Assembly (NCBI RefSeq): GCF_018350175.1
Contig: NC_058382.1
Coordinates: 58,654,001-58,718,000 of the forward strand
Source of the DNA: Felis catus
Lineage: Eukaryota
Length of the DNA stretch: 64,000 bases
Direction: 5' to 3'
Shown here: piece after piece, positions 10,745 through 22,215 of the stretch
Numbering within the stretch: the first letter of the stretch is position 1
How the letters are laid out: every line of letters begins with the position of its first letter
Program-made: the position numbers and the translations under genes
The notes under the pieces: generated by a model
Told to the model about the DNA's origin: nothing
The model's input: the letters and a program-made list of their open reading frames with translations, nothing else
The model's database searches: none

Positions 10745-12279
10745 CGTACCTGCTCACCACCTGCCTAGCTTGGGGGACCGACATAGTCCATCCCCACGAC
10801 ACTTCATGTCCGTATCCACAAACTCCAAAAGCGCGCTTTGGAGCAAAATTTAAACGTTTCGAAAGGAAATGTCAACCTGACGCGTTTAACGCCTTTTAAA
10901 AACATGCAGAATAAAGCTATGGATTGTTCTTGGATGTGCGTCGGGTAACAGGGAGGCGCAGACATGGAAACCCAAGAGCTTCTGGGCACCACCGCGGGAC
11001 TTGCTGGGGGGCTGAACACGAAGCCGGTGTGAGCAGATTCTAGAATGCATGCTCCCACATGGCGTGCTAACGGGTGCTCACGCTCAGGCCCACGCGGAGG
11101 ATGCTCCCCCCCCTTTCCCCCACGGGCTGTGCTGCCGAGCGGGGATCCTCGCGATGGATGGAAGCCGCTCCCCGGCCCCGGCCCCGGCCGGGCTTTTGTG
11201 CCCAAACCCTCGGCGGGGCCGCCCCTCCTCGCTCAGACCTCGCCAAGCCCTGGCGGTCAAGGTGGGGGCGGGTGGCCACCAACCTGGAAAGGGGCCGTGT
11301 TCTCCCAGAAATGGTCTCCAATGGAGCGTAAATAGCCAAATATTAGCCTGCCACATAACAGGGATGAGAAAATGTCGGTCTGTTTCTTGTATTTGATGCA
11401 GAAAAACTATTTAAATCTATGAAGCTTTGGAAAAAAAAAAAAAAGGCCGTGTGTGTGTGTGTGTGTGAGCGGGGAGGGAGGGGCCGCGTTTTGCGGAGGG
11501 CACACGGGTCTGATGGCCAGACTCCTGTGCGCTGCCTTATTGTGGTTGCTTGAATTCTTTCCAAATGGGCCTTTCTTTCCTCTTTTCTCCCCATCCCCCC
11601 CTCCCCCCCCCCCCGCATGGAAAAGGGCCCCCTTTTCACATTTTACATGTTGTGATTTCACTGAGCCTTTCCAATTGGTCGTCAACAGTTCATTTGTGCC
11701 GGGACCTTCTGTAAACTCTGCACGCGGGTCTCCCGGCCTGACCACCCACCGAAACAGGCTGTCTAAACAGCATGTGTCTGGGCCTCAGACACAGCAAGTG
11801 AGTTAAAGATGGCTCCTGTCCAAGGATTTTTTTTTTCCCTGCAAGCAGAGGTGGGGGTTGGCTGGGATACCCTGATAGCGCCGGGCCGCACTCCGAGGCG
11901 GCCTTTGAAGTTGGGGGGAAATGGCCCCTGTCTTCTGTCAGTTTCCTCCATGGTAATCCTTGAGCTTAGAAGGATCTCTCTGAGCCTCTCCAACCTGGGG
12001 AGCGGGGTCCCTCTCCGCGTCAGGAAGAAACATGCTCGCGGGCACTGGGGCCTCTCCCAACCTTGTCCCAAATACCTTAGGAGCAGGGTTTGACACCCCA
12101 CGCCCTCCACCCCCAACTCCTGATTTTCCAGGCTATCACCTTCGGGACGCAGTTCCCTCTGGGTCCCAAGCGGTCCCTGGCCTGCGGCCGGCAGCAGCGG
12201 AAGTCGCCTGGTGACCCTGAGGCGGGGCCTGCACGTGTCAAGGCCCTGTGGCCAGTGCCCACACACGATCACATTTGAC

Positions 12280-12420
12280 TCTCCCAGCAGCTGTAGGAGC
12301 TAGGCCCTGTTAGCGCCTATTTTGCAAAGAAGAGGAAGTGAAGAGGCAAAGAGGGCCGTGTAGTTGACGGCATTCACGCCCCGGGGAGGGATTAGGGTCC
12401 GGGTGTGTCTGAGTCAGTGA
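12280..12420 (-). mobile_element. MIR
   Basis: 'cctattttgcaaagaagaggaagtgaagaggcaaagag' reverse MIR core. Confidence 0.55.
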
Positions 12421-12547
12421 CTGGGCCCCACGCTTGTCACTACGTTCTCCTGACCGATTCTGTTCTCCAGCCCGCCAGAGGAACAGGGAGAGTGGTCCAC
12501 GAACATTTCCAATGTGACCGCCGAGTGCGTGTGTCAGGGCGGACATC

Positions 12548-13410
12548 TTTACTAAGGGATAACGCACACACCAGACGATCCGTCCGTTTAAAGCATGCAA
12601 TTCTGGCGGCTTTTAGTATATTCACGGAGTTCTGCGCTCATCGCCAGATTGGTTCTAGAATATTCCCATCACCTCAAAAAGAAGCCCTGTACCCACTAAC
12701 GGTCACCTTCCCTCTCCCCTCCCTCCCTCCCCTGCCTCACTACCAATCTGCCTGGTCTCCATGGATTTGTCCGTCCTGAACGTTGCGTATAAAGGGAATC
12801 CGAAGGCTTCCCGGGCTCTACAGAGTGCTTTCCAAGTGCATCTCTCCTGCGGCACATGTGAGAACTTCATTCCCTTGAATGGCTCCGTAGTATCCTAGCG
12901 TGTGGACGAGCTGCGTTTGGCTCATCCGTTTCATCGGATGCACATTTGGGTTGCTTCTGCTCTGGGCTATAAATATTAAGCTACAGAAAAAGTATAAATG
13001 ATGCTGCCCTGAACATTTACGCACACGCTGTTGGGTGCACATGTGTTTTCCTCTGTCTTGGGTCTGTATACTTAAGAGTAGAATTTCTGAGTCGCACGGG
13101 AACTCTGTTTCACTTTCCGAAGAGCTGCGGAGCGGCTGCCCCGTTTCGCGTTCCGTCCACAAGTGTGCGAGGCCTCTGCTTTCTCCCCGTCTTCTCCGGC
13201 ACCTGTTGTTACCTGCCTGCCTGATTCTGGCCGTTCTAGTGGGGATCAGGTGTTAGCCTCCTCATTGTGCTGTTGATTTGCGTTTCACTAAGGACGAGCG
13301 ATGTGGACGATCTTTCCAGGTGCCGACTGGCCATTCGTCTGTCTTCTTTGGAGAGATGTCTACTCAGATCATTTGTCCATTTTTAAATTGGGCGGTTTGT
13401 GACTTTCTGA
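12548..13410 (-). mobile_element. Ancient L1 (L1MB-like) 3' end
   Basis: 'ttctagaatattcccatcacctcaaaaagaagccctgtacc', 'cttaagagtagaatttctgagtcgc' and 'tcttctttggagagatgtctactcagatc'. Confidence 0.85.
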
Positions 13411-13509
13411 TGACGTCCTTACCCCTGCTTGCTGAGGGGGCCCGTGGGGCTCAGGCTGTGCCTCCCTTACCTGTCACGAGTTCCTTCCCTCGCCCCTGTT
13501 CACGCCTGC

Positions 13510-13860
13510 CTGCAGTGGCTCAGTGCATCTGGGGTGGGGCCAAAAAACATGCATTCCTTTTTTTTTTTTAATTTTTTTAATGCTTATTTATTTTTTAGAG
13601 AGAAAGAGAGAGACAGAGCACGCGCAGGGGAGGGGCAGAGAGAGAGAGGGAGACCCAGAATCCGAAGCAGGCTCCAGGCTCCGAGCTGTCAGCACAGGGC
13701 CCGACACGGGGCTCGAACCCACGAACCGCGAGATCATGGACCTGAGCCAAAGTCGGATGTTTAGCCGACGGAGCCACCCAGTCGCCCCGAGAATTTGCAT
13801 TTGTAGCAAGTTCCCAGGTGATAGTGAGCTGCTAGCTTGGGGACCCCACTTTGAGAAATG
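13510..13860 (+). mobile_element. MER5A-like element interrupted by a Can-SINE
   Basis: 'tctggggtggggcc' before the SINE and 'gaatttgcatttgtagcaagttcccaggtgat...ggaccccactttgagaa' after it. Strand is nominal because the element is quasi-palindromic. Confidence 0.75.
13558..13788 (-). mobile_element. Feline Can-SINE (SINEC_Fc type)
   Basis: Poly-T, (GA)n, 'gaatccgaagcaggctccaggctccgagctgtcagcac', ending 'gagccacccagtcgcccc'. Confidence 0.95.
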
Positions 13861-13864
13861 CTTC

Positions 13865-14175
13865 CTGGAGAAAATCCCCCAAATGGGAACCAGGAAACTA
13901 GTTCAAGAATGTTTACGGTGGGACAATGTGGAGTAGCAGGCGAATGTCCCAGCCCAAATGCCCCTCACACGAGGAGAAATAAAGTGTCACGTGTTCACAG
14001 CACAGACTACTGCCTAGCGGTGAAAAGCGAATGGATTTTAGCTACACGCGCCGACAGGGGCGAATAATTCCTAACAGAAGGAGACGCCCAGAATAATACT
14101 ATTTATAAGAAGCGGAGAACCGTGTCAAACTCAGCTCTGTGTTACTAGTAGGTACGTGTTTATGTAGGAAACTGG
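13865..14175 (+). mobile_element. Very old L1 (L1ME-like) fragment
   Basis: 'caagaatgtttac...cccaaatgcccctc...gactactgcctagcggtgaaaagcgaatgg'. Confidence 0.55.
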
Positions 14176-14756
14176 ACAGACGTGCATGAGACTCCCCAGT
14201 ACAATTCCAGGGGGAGGCCCTCCCAAGGGTCCCCGCCGTGTCTGTACGACCTTCTTCCTCAAGCTGTGGGTGGTGGGCTTCGCTGGGAGAGCCAGTCCAC
14301 CGCGGGCCCCGCGTCTCGCTGCCTGTCCCCGCGTGACTCCCGCATCCGCCACGCGCCCGGCTCTTCCCGGCTACGGCGTGGACGCGTGCTCAGTTCCCAC
14401 CTGCAGTTTTCCTGTGGGCCCGAATGATGCTGCAAGAGGCAGCGGGCTCTGTGAAGAGCGGTTTCGTTTCTGTTGGTCAGTGGGATGCTTCCTGATGTCA
14501 GAGTTGGGCCGCAAAACCTATCCTGAGGTCTCGTTACAGCCCGCTCTGTAGACTTTTCTAACCTGTTTCTGAGACCGAAGTTTCCCGACTGTGAAAGTCC
14601 CTGACAAGACTGAATTACTTTCCACAGGAAAGATGGGGAGTGGGAAGCACAGCTTGGAAGGATTGTTGCCGGCCGAGGTCGCCAAGGCTGGCTGCCTGGA
14701 GGAGGGGGCTTGGGGCGAAGGCCCCCAGGGTGGGCAGCTCTGCTGTGGGGAAGGTG

Positions 14757-16278
14757 CAGTGTGCGTGTGTGTGCACGAGTGCGTGTGTGTACATGTGCAT
14801 GAATGTGCGTGCACGTGTGTGCATGTGTGTGTGCATGTACACGTGTGATGTGCACGAATGTACGTATGTATGAGCATGTGTGCATGAGTGTATGTGTGTG
14901 CATGTGTGTGTGTGTGCATGTGTGATGTGCACGAATGTATGTATGTGTGTGCACACGTGTGTGTGCATGTGTATGTGTGTGCATGTGTATGTGTGTGATG
15001 CGCACGAATGTATGTATGTGTGTGTACAAATGTATGTGTGTGCACGTGATGTGCACGAATGTATGTGCACAAACGTGTGTGTGTGCATGTGTGTGTGTGC
15101 ATGCATATGTGTATGTGCATTTATGCCTGTGTGTGCACGTGTGTATGGGCATGTGTGTGCGTGCGTGTGCATGTGTATGTGTGTGCATGTGTGCACGTGT
15201 GATGCGCACAAATGTATGTATGTGTGTACAAATGTATGTATGCACGTGTGTGTGCATGTGCATGTGTGATGCGCACGAATGTACATATGTGTGAGCCTGT
15301 ATGCATGTGTGTATGTGTGATGTGCACGAATGTATGTGTGTGTACAAATGTATGTGTGTGCACGTGTGATGTGCACGAATGTATGTATGAGCATGTGTGC
15401 ATGAGTGTATGTGTGTGCATGTGTGTACGTGCGATGTGCATGCATATGTGTATGTGCGTGTATGCATGTGTGTGCACATGTGTATGGGCGTGTGTGTGCA
15501 TGCGTGTGTGCATGTGTCTGCATGTGTGTGTGCACATGTGATGTGCACGAATGTATGCACGTGTGCTCATGTGTGTATGTGTATGCATGTGTGTGCACGT
15601 GTGTATGGGCGTGTGTGTGCATGTGTATGTGTGTGCATGTGCACGTGTGAGGCGCACGAATGTACGTATGTATGAGCATGTGTGCATGAGTGCATGTGTG
15701 TGCATGTGTGATGTGCACGAATGTATGTATGTGTATGCACAAACGTGTGTGTGCATGCATATGTGTGTATGTGCATGTGTGCATGTGTGTATGGGCATGT
15801 GTGTGCGTGCGTGTGTATGTGTGTGCATGTGTGCACGTGTGATGCGCACGAATGTATGTATGTGTGCACAAATGTATGTGTATGCACGTGTGTGTGCATG
15901 TGCACGTGTGATGCGCATGAATATACATATGTGTGAGCATGTATGCATGTATGTGTGATGTGCACGAATGTATGTGTGTGTACAAATGTATGTGTGTGCA
16001 CGTGTGATGTGCATGAATATATGTATGAGCATGTGTGCATGAGTGTATGTGTGTGCATGTGTGTACGTGCGATGTGCATGCATGTGTGTATGTGCGTGTA
16101 TGCATGTGTCTGCGTGTGTGTGCACGTGTGATGTGCACGAATGTATGCATGTGTGCTCATGTGTGTATGTGCATGCATATGTGTATGTGTGTATGGGCGT
16201 GTGTGTGCACGTGTGTATGGGCGTGTGTGTGCGTGTGTGTGCATGTGCGTGTGTGTGCATGTGTGTGCGTGTGCATGA
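14757..16278. repeat. 1.5-kb degenerate alternating purine-pyrimidine (TG/CA/TA) array
   Basis: Built from tgtg, catg, tatg and cacg words with a recurring 'gtgatgtgcacgaatgta' module. Confidence 0.97.
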
Positions 16279-16542
16279 ATGCCAGCACCAGCCGCTGTCG
16301 GTCAAGGCCAGCAAGTGGGTTGCCGGGAGCGAAGGCTGAATACTTAGGCTTGGGCAGTAGGTCTTTGGATCCAACCAGGAGGAATCGGAAATGAAAAGAT
16401 CTGGCCTTTCACCAGAGATAGTCTGGGAACAGCGATGTCATGGCCATGTCACGTTGCTGTAAAAGCTCCTAAGCAGACCAGCACTGGTGCCCTGGATGCA
16501 CGCTGAGTGAGTGGCCTCTGTCTGGAGAGGCTAGGAGGATGC

Positions 16543-16980
16543 TGTTCAGTTGGATTGTGTCCTCCATAAAGACGTGTTCCAGTCCTGACCCCTGGTACCA
16601 GTGAGTGTCACTTCCTTTGGACACAGGGTGTTAGCCGACGTAATTGAGGTAAGGTGAGGTCATACTGGATCGGGCTGGGCCCTCACCCAGGGACTGGCAC
16701 CCTATAAGAAGAGGGAAATGGGGCACAGAGGCAGGAAGGTCGTGTGCAGACGGAGGCGGAGAGGCATGTGTCCACAAGCCAGGGACACCGAGGGTGGCCA
16801 GCGGTGGCAGAGGCTGGCAGAGGCGGGAAGGACCCTCCCGAGAGCCTTTGGGGGGAGCCTGGCCCTGTCCACACCTCGACTGTGGGCTTGCGGCCCCCAG
16901 AATAAATTTCTGTTCTTTCGAGCGCCCTCCTCCCTGCCAGTCTGGGCCATTTGTTATTCGAGCCCCAGGAAAACAACTCG
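16543..16980 (+). mobile_element. MLT1 (ERVL-MaLR) solo LTR, MLT1B/C-like
   Basis: Starts 'tgttcagttggattgtgtcctcc'; contains 'gaggtcatactggat', 'ctataagaagagg' and 'aataaatttctgttcttt'; ends 'gccccaggaaaac'. Confidence 0.85.
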
Positions 16981-17714
16981 TTAGTGACTGGAACTCACGT
17001 CTCATTGGCTCCCGGGTCCTCCCTTCTCCTTCAACCGTGAGGCCCCCACGGGCAGTTAGGACAGATGGCTTGGGGGACGGGTGGGCTTTGCCACAGCCCT
17101 CGCGTCCCTCTCTGAAGGTTCCACATGGGCTTGGCTCTTAGATCATATTCTCCCTTTGCCTTGAGCTCTGTGGGTTCAAAGCCAAAACCATAAGCAGCTT
17201 AATTACGGTCTGTCCTGGAATTACCCTAACCAGCCAAGCCAGGGTCGTGCTGGCCGTCCAGGCCGCTAACCCTTTGTTCTTCCTGAAAGCCTCTTCTTAG
17301 CTGCGGTCAGAGGAGGATTCAGCGTTGTCCCAGGAGGCATGACGGTTGCCTCCTCTGCTCCCTGGGCACCGGTCACATGAGGTTGGTATTCTTGACCAAG
17401 TCCTTGTGGCATCCTTTGCAGAATTCTGGTTTCCGACGCAGGCCCTCCCCGCCCTCTAATTGCACACATCTGCAGGGCCTCTGTGAGCAGGGGCAGCTCG
17501 GGGCCCGTCGGTGCAGGGCAGCGGCGGCCTGGTCGAATTCGCCATGGCTCTGGGATTAAGGTGGTGAGCACCTGTGCGTGGGCAGGGGGCACCCGAGGAG
17601 GATTGAGGACGGAGAGGAGGTGACACTTTACACAGAGCTGAGGTGTGCCAGAGGTCAGAGGTCAGAGCCGACAGACCCTCCGGAGTCACGGCCTCCACGA
17701 CAGACCCTCTCTAG

Positions 17715-17930
17715 CCCTCGAGAGGCAGGCGTCAGGCCGGAGTCCCGATCGCGGCTACCGCGGTCACAAGTTAGGTGACTTTGGGCAAGGTACGTGACCC
17801 TGCTCAGCCTTACTTTCTCCGTCTGAGAAATGGGAGAATAAGAACACCTACTGCGTAGAATTAGCGAGGTCAAGGACACCACGCCTGTGAAGAGCGGGGC
17901 GTGGTTTCTGGCTCGTGTCCACACGTGGCA
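17715..17930 (+). mobile_element. MIR
   Basis: 'gtgactttgggcaaggtacgtgaccctgctcagccttactttctccgtctgagaaatgggagaataa'. Confidence 0.75.
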
Positions 17931-17979
17931 GTGGGTAGCCCTTGGCAGCCGGTGCTGCTGACATGCGGTCCCCCGAACC

Positions 17980-18439
17980 CGAGACTGTGCTGCGTGGCTC
18001 CTGGGCACCCCAAGTGCCTCCCCGCTCAGCCCTCTGCACCCCTTTTCTCACGTCTGCCTGACGACTTGCTCTGGCACTGCGGGGACTCTTGTCGGTGCAC
18101 GTGCAGGGTGGCCGGAATCACCAAGATGGAACCTGTCCTGGAGGAACCCTCAATCGGCGAGGGGTGGGATTTGGTGGGTAAATACCTCGGGTTGCCAGTC
18201 CCTCAACAGGGTAACTCTGGAGCGTATTGCACACGGTTTGTCAGAAGACCCCAGGCGTCGGGTCCCCGTTCCTACAGCGGTAGTCCTTTCATGGGTGCGG
18301 TTTAATCGTCTCGTCTCCCACCCCCGACTTACTTCCCCTCTTGCTGACTTATGCTTCCCGGAGGTACCTCCCAGAGAGTCTACGGGCACCCAAAGCCTTG
18401 TCTCAGGCTCTGCCTTCATGGGGAGCCCACACTGAGACA
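17980..18439 (+). mobile_element. LTR16-like (ERVL) solo LTR
   Basis: Ends 'ccttgtctcaggctctgccttcatggggagcccacactgagaca', typical of an LTR16 terminus. Strand is by convention only and the start is approximate. Confidence 0.7.
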
Positions 18440-18979
18440 GTTGCTCTATGGAGGCCATGGAGGAAATGTTGGGCAGAGAAATGACAGTGAGAAGAATTCA
18501 GGGAATAACCGACAACATCTTAAAAACCAGCTAATGACAGCAAAGAAAGCACAAATTCATGGCCTCGGAGGCTGGCCACCATTTCTGGGGAGCCAAACAT
18601 GGTTAGGCTGAGCAAAGCTTGTAGACATAAATGTCGGTGAGAATCCCCTACATAGATCCTTGGGAGATGGTCTTGAGCGGTCCTAGGGTTCCTTACTTTA
18701 TGTGACGACATCCCCTGGAAACCACACACTGCCTTGTGATTTTTTTTTGCCTGTGCTAACTAAATACCCTTCAATGGGACAATATTTCATGTCTTTGAGC
18801 CCAACGGACTCCTAGTTGTATATGCCTTTATTCGATTTTCTAATTTGTATTAATCAATTATAATTCAAAAAAGTTAGTTTCTTCATGGAAGAGAGGCCCT
18901 TCCCAGATGTGCTTTGAGTGGGAAAATAGCAAAAGATGTCTTTTATATTTAAGGCCAATACTGGAACCCTCTGATTCTA

Positions 18980-19075
18980 CCCGACATCCCTGTTTTATAG
19001 AAGAGGAAAATGAAGCCCAGAGTGGCCAAGCGGTTTGCTTAGGTTGCACAGCCGGACGACAGAATGAATACTCGA
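18980..19075 (-). mobile_element. MIR
   Basis: 'ccctgttttatagaagaggaaaatgaagcccagag...gcttaggttgcacagc'. Confidence 0.7.
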
Positions 19076-19109
19076 ACATATTCCAGGATGGGTTTGAAAG
19101 GAAAGGCAG

Positions 19110-19441
19110 CTGTACAGCGGCATGTAAGAATAAGGACTTATTTATTTATTTCGTGCACATGCAGCTCTGAGGTCGGCGGAGGTTGGGCTAGGTTTGGCCG
19201 ATCGAGGGTGGACCCGTCTGTGCCAGGCTCTGGCCGGGGCACGTCCTACTTATGGTCAAAGACAGGATCGCGAGAAGGAAAACCCAACTGTGTGAGCACG
19301 CATCACGCCTCTGCTAAATCTTAGCCAGAGCAAGCCGCGTGGCCAAGCTTAAAGTCAGGTGGCGAAGAAATGCGTTCCTCCCGTGGAGGATGGGGCTCAG
19401 GAGGGAGTGAATGCTGTCCAACAGTGATCTGGTCTACCACA
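19110..19441 (-). mobile_element. Old MLT1 LTR
   Basis: 'gccagagcaagccgcgtggccaagcttaaagtcagg', ending 'atctggtctaccaca'. Confidence 0.55.
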
Positions 19442-19599
19442 AGGGGACGGATCTCACGAATAGAGAGGTGGCACGTGAGGCACACATTTTGCTGGCACAG
19501 ATCACTGTAGGGGCCGCGTGGGTTTCCATCCAGAGGCTTAAGCATGGCTTCCTAACCCAGCTGGGTCTCCTTGTGCACCAGCTTCCTGCAGCCGTGACG

Positions 19600-20500
19600 A
19601 CTCCCTCTCCTGATGAAAAGTCTGCGAAGATCCTTACCTTTGTTCCTCTGGACTCAATGCGCCTTTTTTCCTCCAGATTTTAAATTTTGTGCTTTATCGC
19701 CGTTTTCCAGCAACTTTGTCATGGCGTGCCTTGGTGTGGTTTTGCGGTGATCCTGCTTGGGTTGCGTTAATCTTATTGGATCAGTAGGTTTGCAGTTGGC
19801 ATCAAATGGGGGGAAATGTTGGCCATTACTTCTTCGAAAACTGTGCTGCTGCTTTCTCTCTCTCTATCCGCTCTTCCGAGAATGCAGTTACCTGCGTATC
19901 ATTCTGTCTGATGTCGTCCCACGAAACCGTTTTGCTGTACGTGGTCTACCCTGCGGCAGCCACGAGGCCCCGGATCTCTTCTTCTTCTGTGAGGCCCGTC
20001 CAGTGGAAATCTCATCTTCCAGTTAGCGTTCTCCGCTCTAAACTTCCAGTTAAGCTCTTTCTTGTGCCTTCCAATTCTTTGTCCATTATGTTCACGTTTT
20101 TCTTTAAATCCTTGAGCCTACTTATGAAAAGCAGCTTGAAGTCCTTCCATGCTAATTCTAACATTGCTGTCATTGTTTGGCTCTGTTTCTTTTGACTGAT
20201 TTTTATTCCGGTTATAGGTCACATTTTACTGCTTTTCACATGTCTAGTAATTTTTGATTGGATGCCAAACATTACAAATGCTTGTTATTGAGTTGTTGGA
20301 TTTGGTTGTCTTCCTTTAAAGAGGGTTGAAATTTATTTTGGCAGGAGCAGGAGGTTAAGTTACTTGAAAGTCAGCTTGATCCTTTTGAGGCTTGTTTTTA
20401 ACTTTGTTAGGGAAGGTCTGGAGTAGCCTTACCTCTAGGGTCCCTTTAGCTGCACCGTGAAGGCATGGCCCTTCTGGAATCTCTGCTGCGTCTTCCAGTT
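19600..20500 (-). mobile_element. Ancient L1 5'/ORF1-region fragment
   Basis: 'tgatgaaaagtctgc', 'catcaaatgggggaaatgttggccattacttcttc' and 'ttgaagtccttccatgctaattctaacatt'. Confidence 0.7.
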
Positions 20501-20854
20501 TACTTACGGCTCTGGAGGGCAGCCTAGAGTTAAGAGAGTTGGATTCTGATCTGCGTCAGCCTGTCGATTTGCTCCATTGTGTTACCCAAATGACTCTACA
20601 TCGCTTGGTCTTACTTTTCTCATGTGGCAGGTGTCGTGTGCAGTCTGGTCTTGGGTCGCCATATTCAGGCTGGTTTATTCAGTCCTTGGGGTTGCCTGGA
20701 GGTACGGGGGAGGGGAGATCGGAGATCCAACCAGAACTCCTTACCCGATTTCTATCGAAACAGCTTCGTATTTGTCTGCTTCCCATACTGAAGTTCTCCA
20801 TAAGGCTTTGCAGGAAGAATCGCTATTAAGTGAAAAATCTGAGAAACCACCATA

Positions 20855-20858
<4 letters not shown>

Positions 20859-20901
<43 letters not shown>
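20859..20901 (+). repeat. (TG)~21 microsatellite
   Basis: Direct reading. Confidence 0.97.
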
Positions 20902-20904
<3 letters not shown>

Positions 20905-21779
20905 GTTACATGTGATATGTGACATCAGCAAAATCAGTACGTTGGTCTATGTGAACATTATTAGCAAATGACTTTGAGGACGCAGGATCCCTTTTGAGCT
21001 TTTTAATATAAAAAAAAAGTGGGAGGGTAAGTTCTTATATAAGCTAAATCGATCCTCTGAATAAGAGAAATGTTATGTCTTTTGAAAAATGTAAAATAAT
21101 CTCACTGTAAAAACAAAGAGTAGTGTAACACTGTCCTATTTCCCTGGATAAATGAGTTTGAACCATTTTTTCATCCACCCCTCACCCCTAGATTTGTAAT
21201 ATCTTTAATGGCACCATTAGTGGGTTCTCTCTCAATTCCAGGTCAGAAGAAATTGCCTTAATTCGTCAACATTTTAGGAGATCAGGAGCTACTCCATTCA
21301 CGTCTACATGAGTAAGTGCTCAGTCCAACCGAAGATCCATGCAGCCATTCAGGAAAAACTAGTCTCCACAGCTTTATTAAAGCCTTAATTTTTAGAATGT
21401 AAAATACGCTTTGGCATAGACTTCTGGTGAAATTGGGTATAGCTTGGATATTCCCAGTGGAATCTGGTTATAGCCACTTTAAAGGTAACATTAACCTTTG
21501 GGGTTGGAGTATTTGCAATGTAGCATATGAGAAATCGATCCAAATAAAATATGTGTCTCTTGTAAGAAACCAGGACGCTTTCATGGGCATTCGTTTGAAT
21601 TGATAATGCATGAACAGAAACCAAAGTGTGGTTCGGAGGGAGGGCTCTATGCCAAACAAACCAGGGTTTATGTTTGATAAGCGAGGCGGTGGGGAGAGGG
21701 TTAAGAACGTTTAGGCCACCTCGGTTTGGGTCTGTCTCCATTCCTTTCTTTTTAAGTGACCTTGGGTTCTCTGTGCCCA

Positions 21780-22215
21780 TCCATACCCCTCGCCCTCACT
21801 ATTCAAGCAAATGCCCGTTTTCCAACTGACCGCACTTGTGTTCCTTTGCCTGAGGGCTCTGTCCAGCTATCAGGGCTGGTCCTGTTTACGTGGACAATAG
21901 GCTCGGCCAATGATGACGGAGCCAGTGTGCTGGTGGGGAACCCCCCGGGTCCCAGTCTGCTCAGGACAGGAAAGGTGTGAGGTGCATATTGCCCACTGCT
22001 CCACAGAACTCCCCAGAGGGATTACTCTGTAGGGGCCCCCCGGGGGGGGGGGGCGGGTGCGTAACTTGCTTGAAAAGGTGCATTTGCAGCCTCCTTCCTT
22101 TCCCTGCCTCACGTCCTCACTCCCCTACTGGTGTCTTCGGGATTGCTCCCCGGATCATCTACTTGTGTGAGAATCCTTGCCTCAGGCTCTGCTTGAGAGA
22201 CACCCAAACTGACCC
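21780..22215 (+). mobile_element. LTR16-like solo LTR
   Basis: 'cttccttccctgcctcac'-like segment and end 'aatccttgcctcaggctctgcttgagagacacccaaact'. Confidence 0.7.

Noticed and set aside
14259..16394. 400-500 aa His/Thr-rich and Cys/Val-rich ORFs
   Set aside because: Artefacts of the stop-free RY array.
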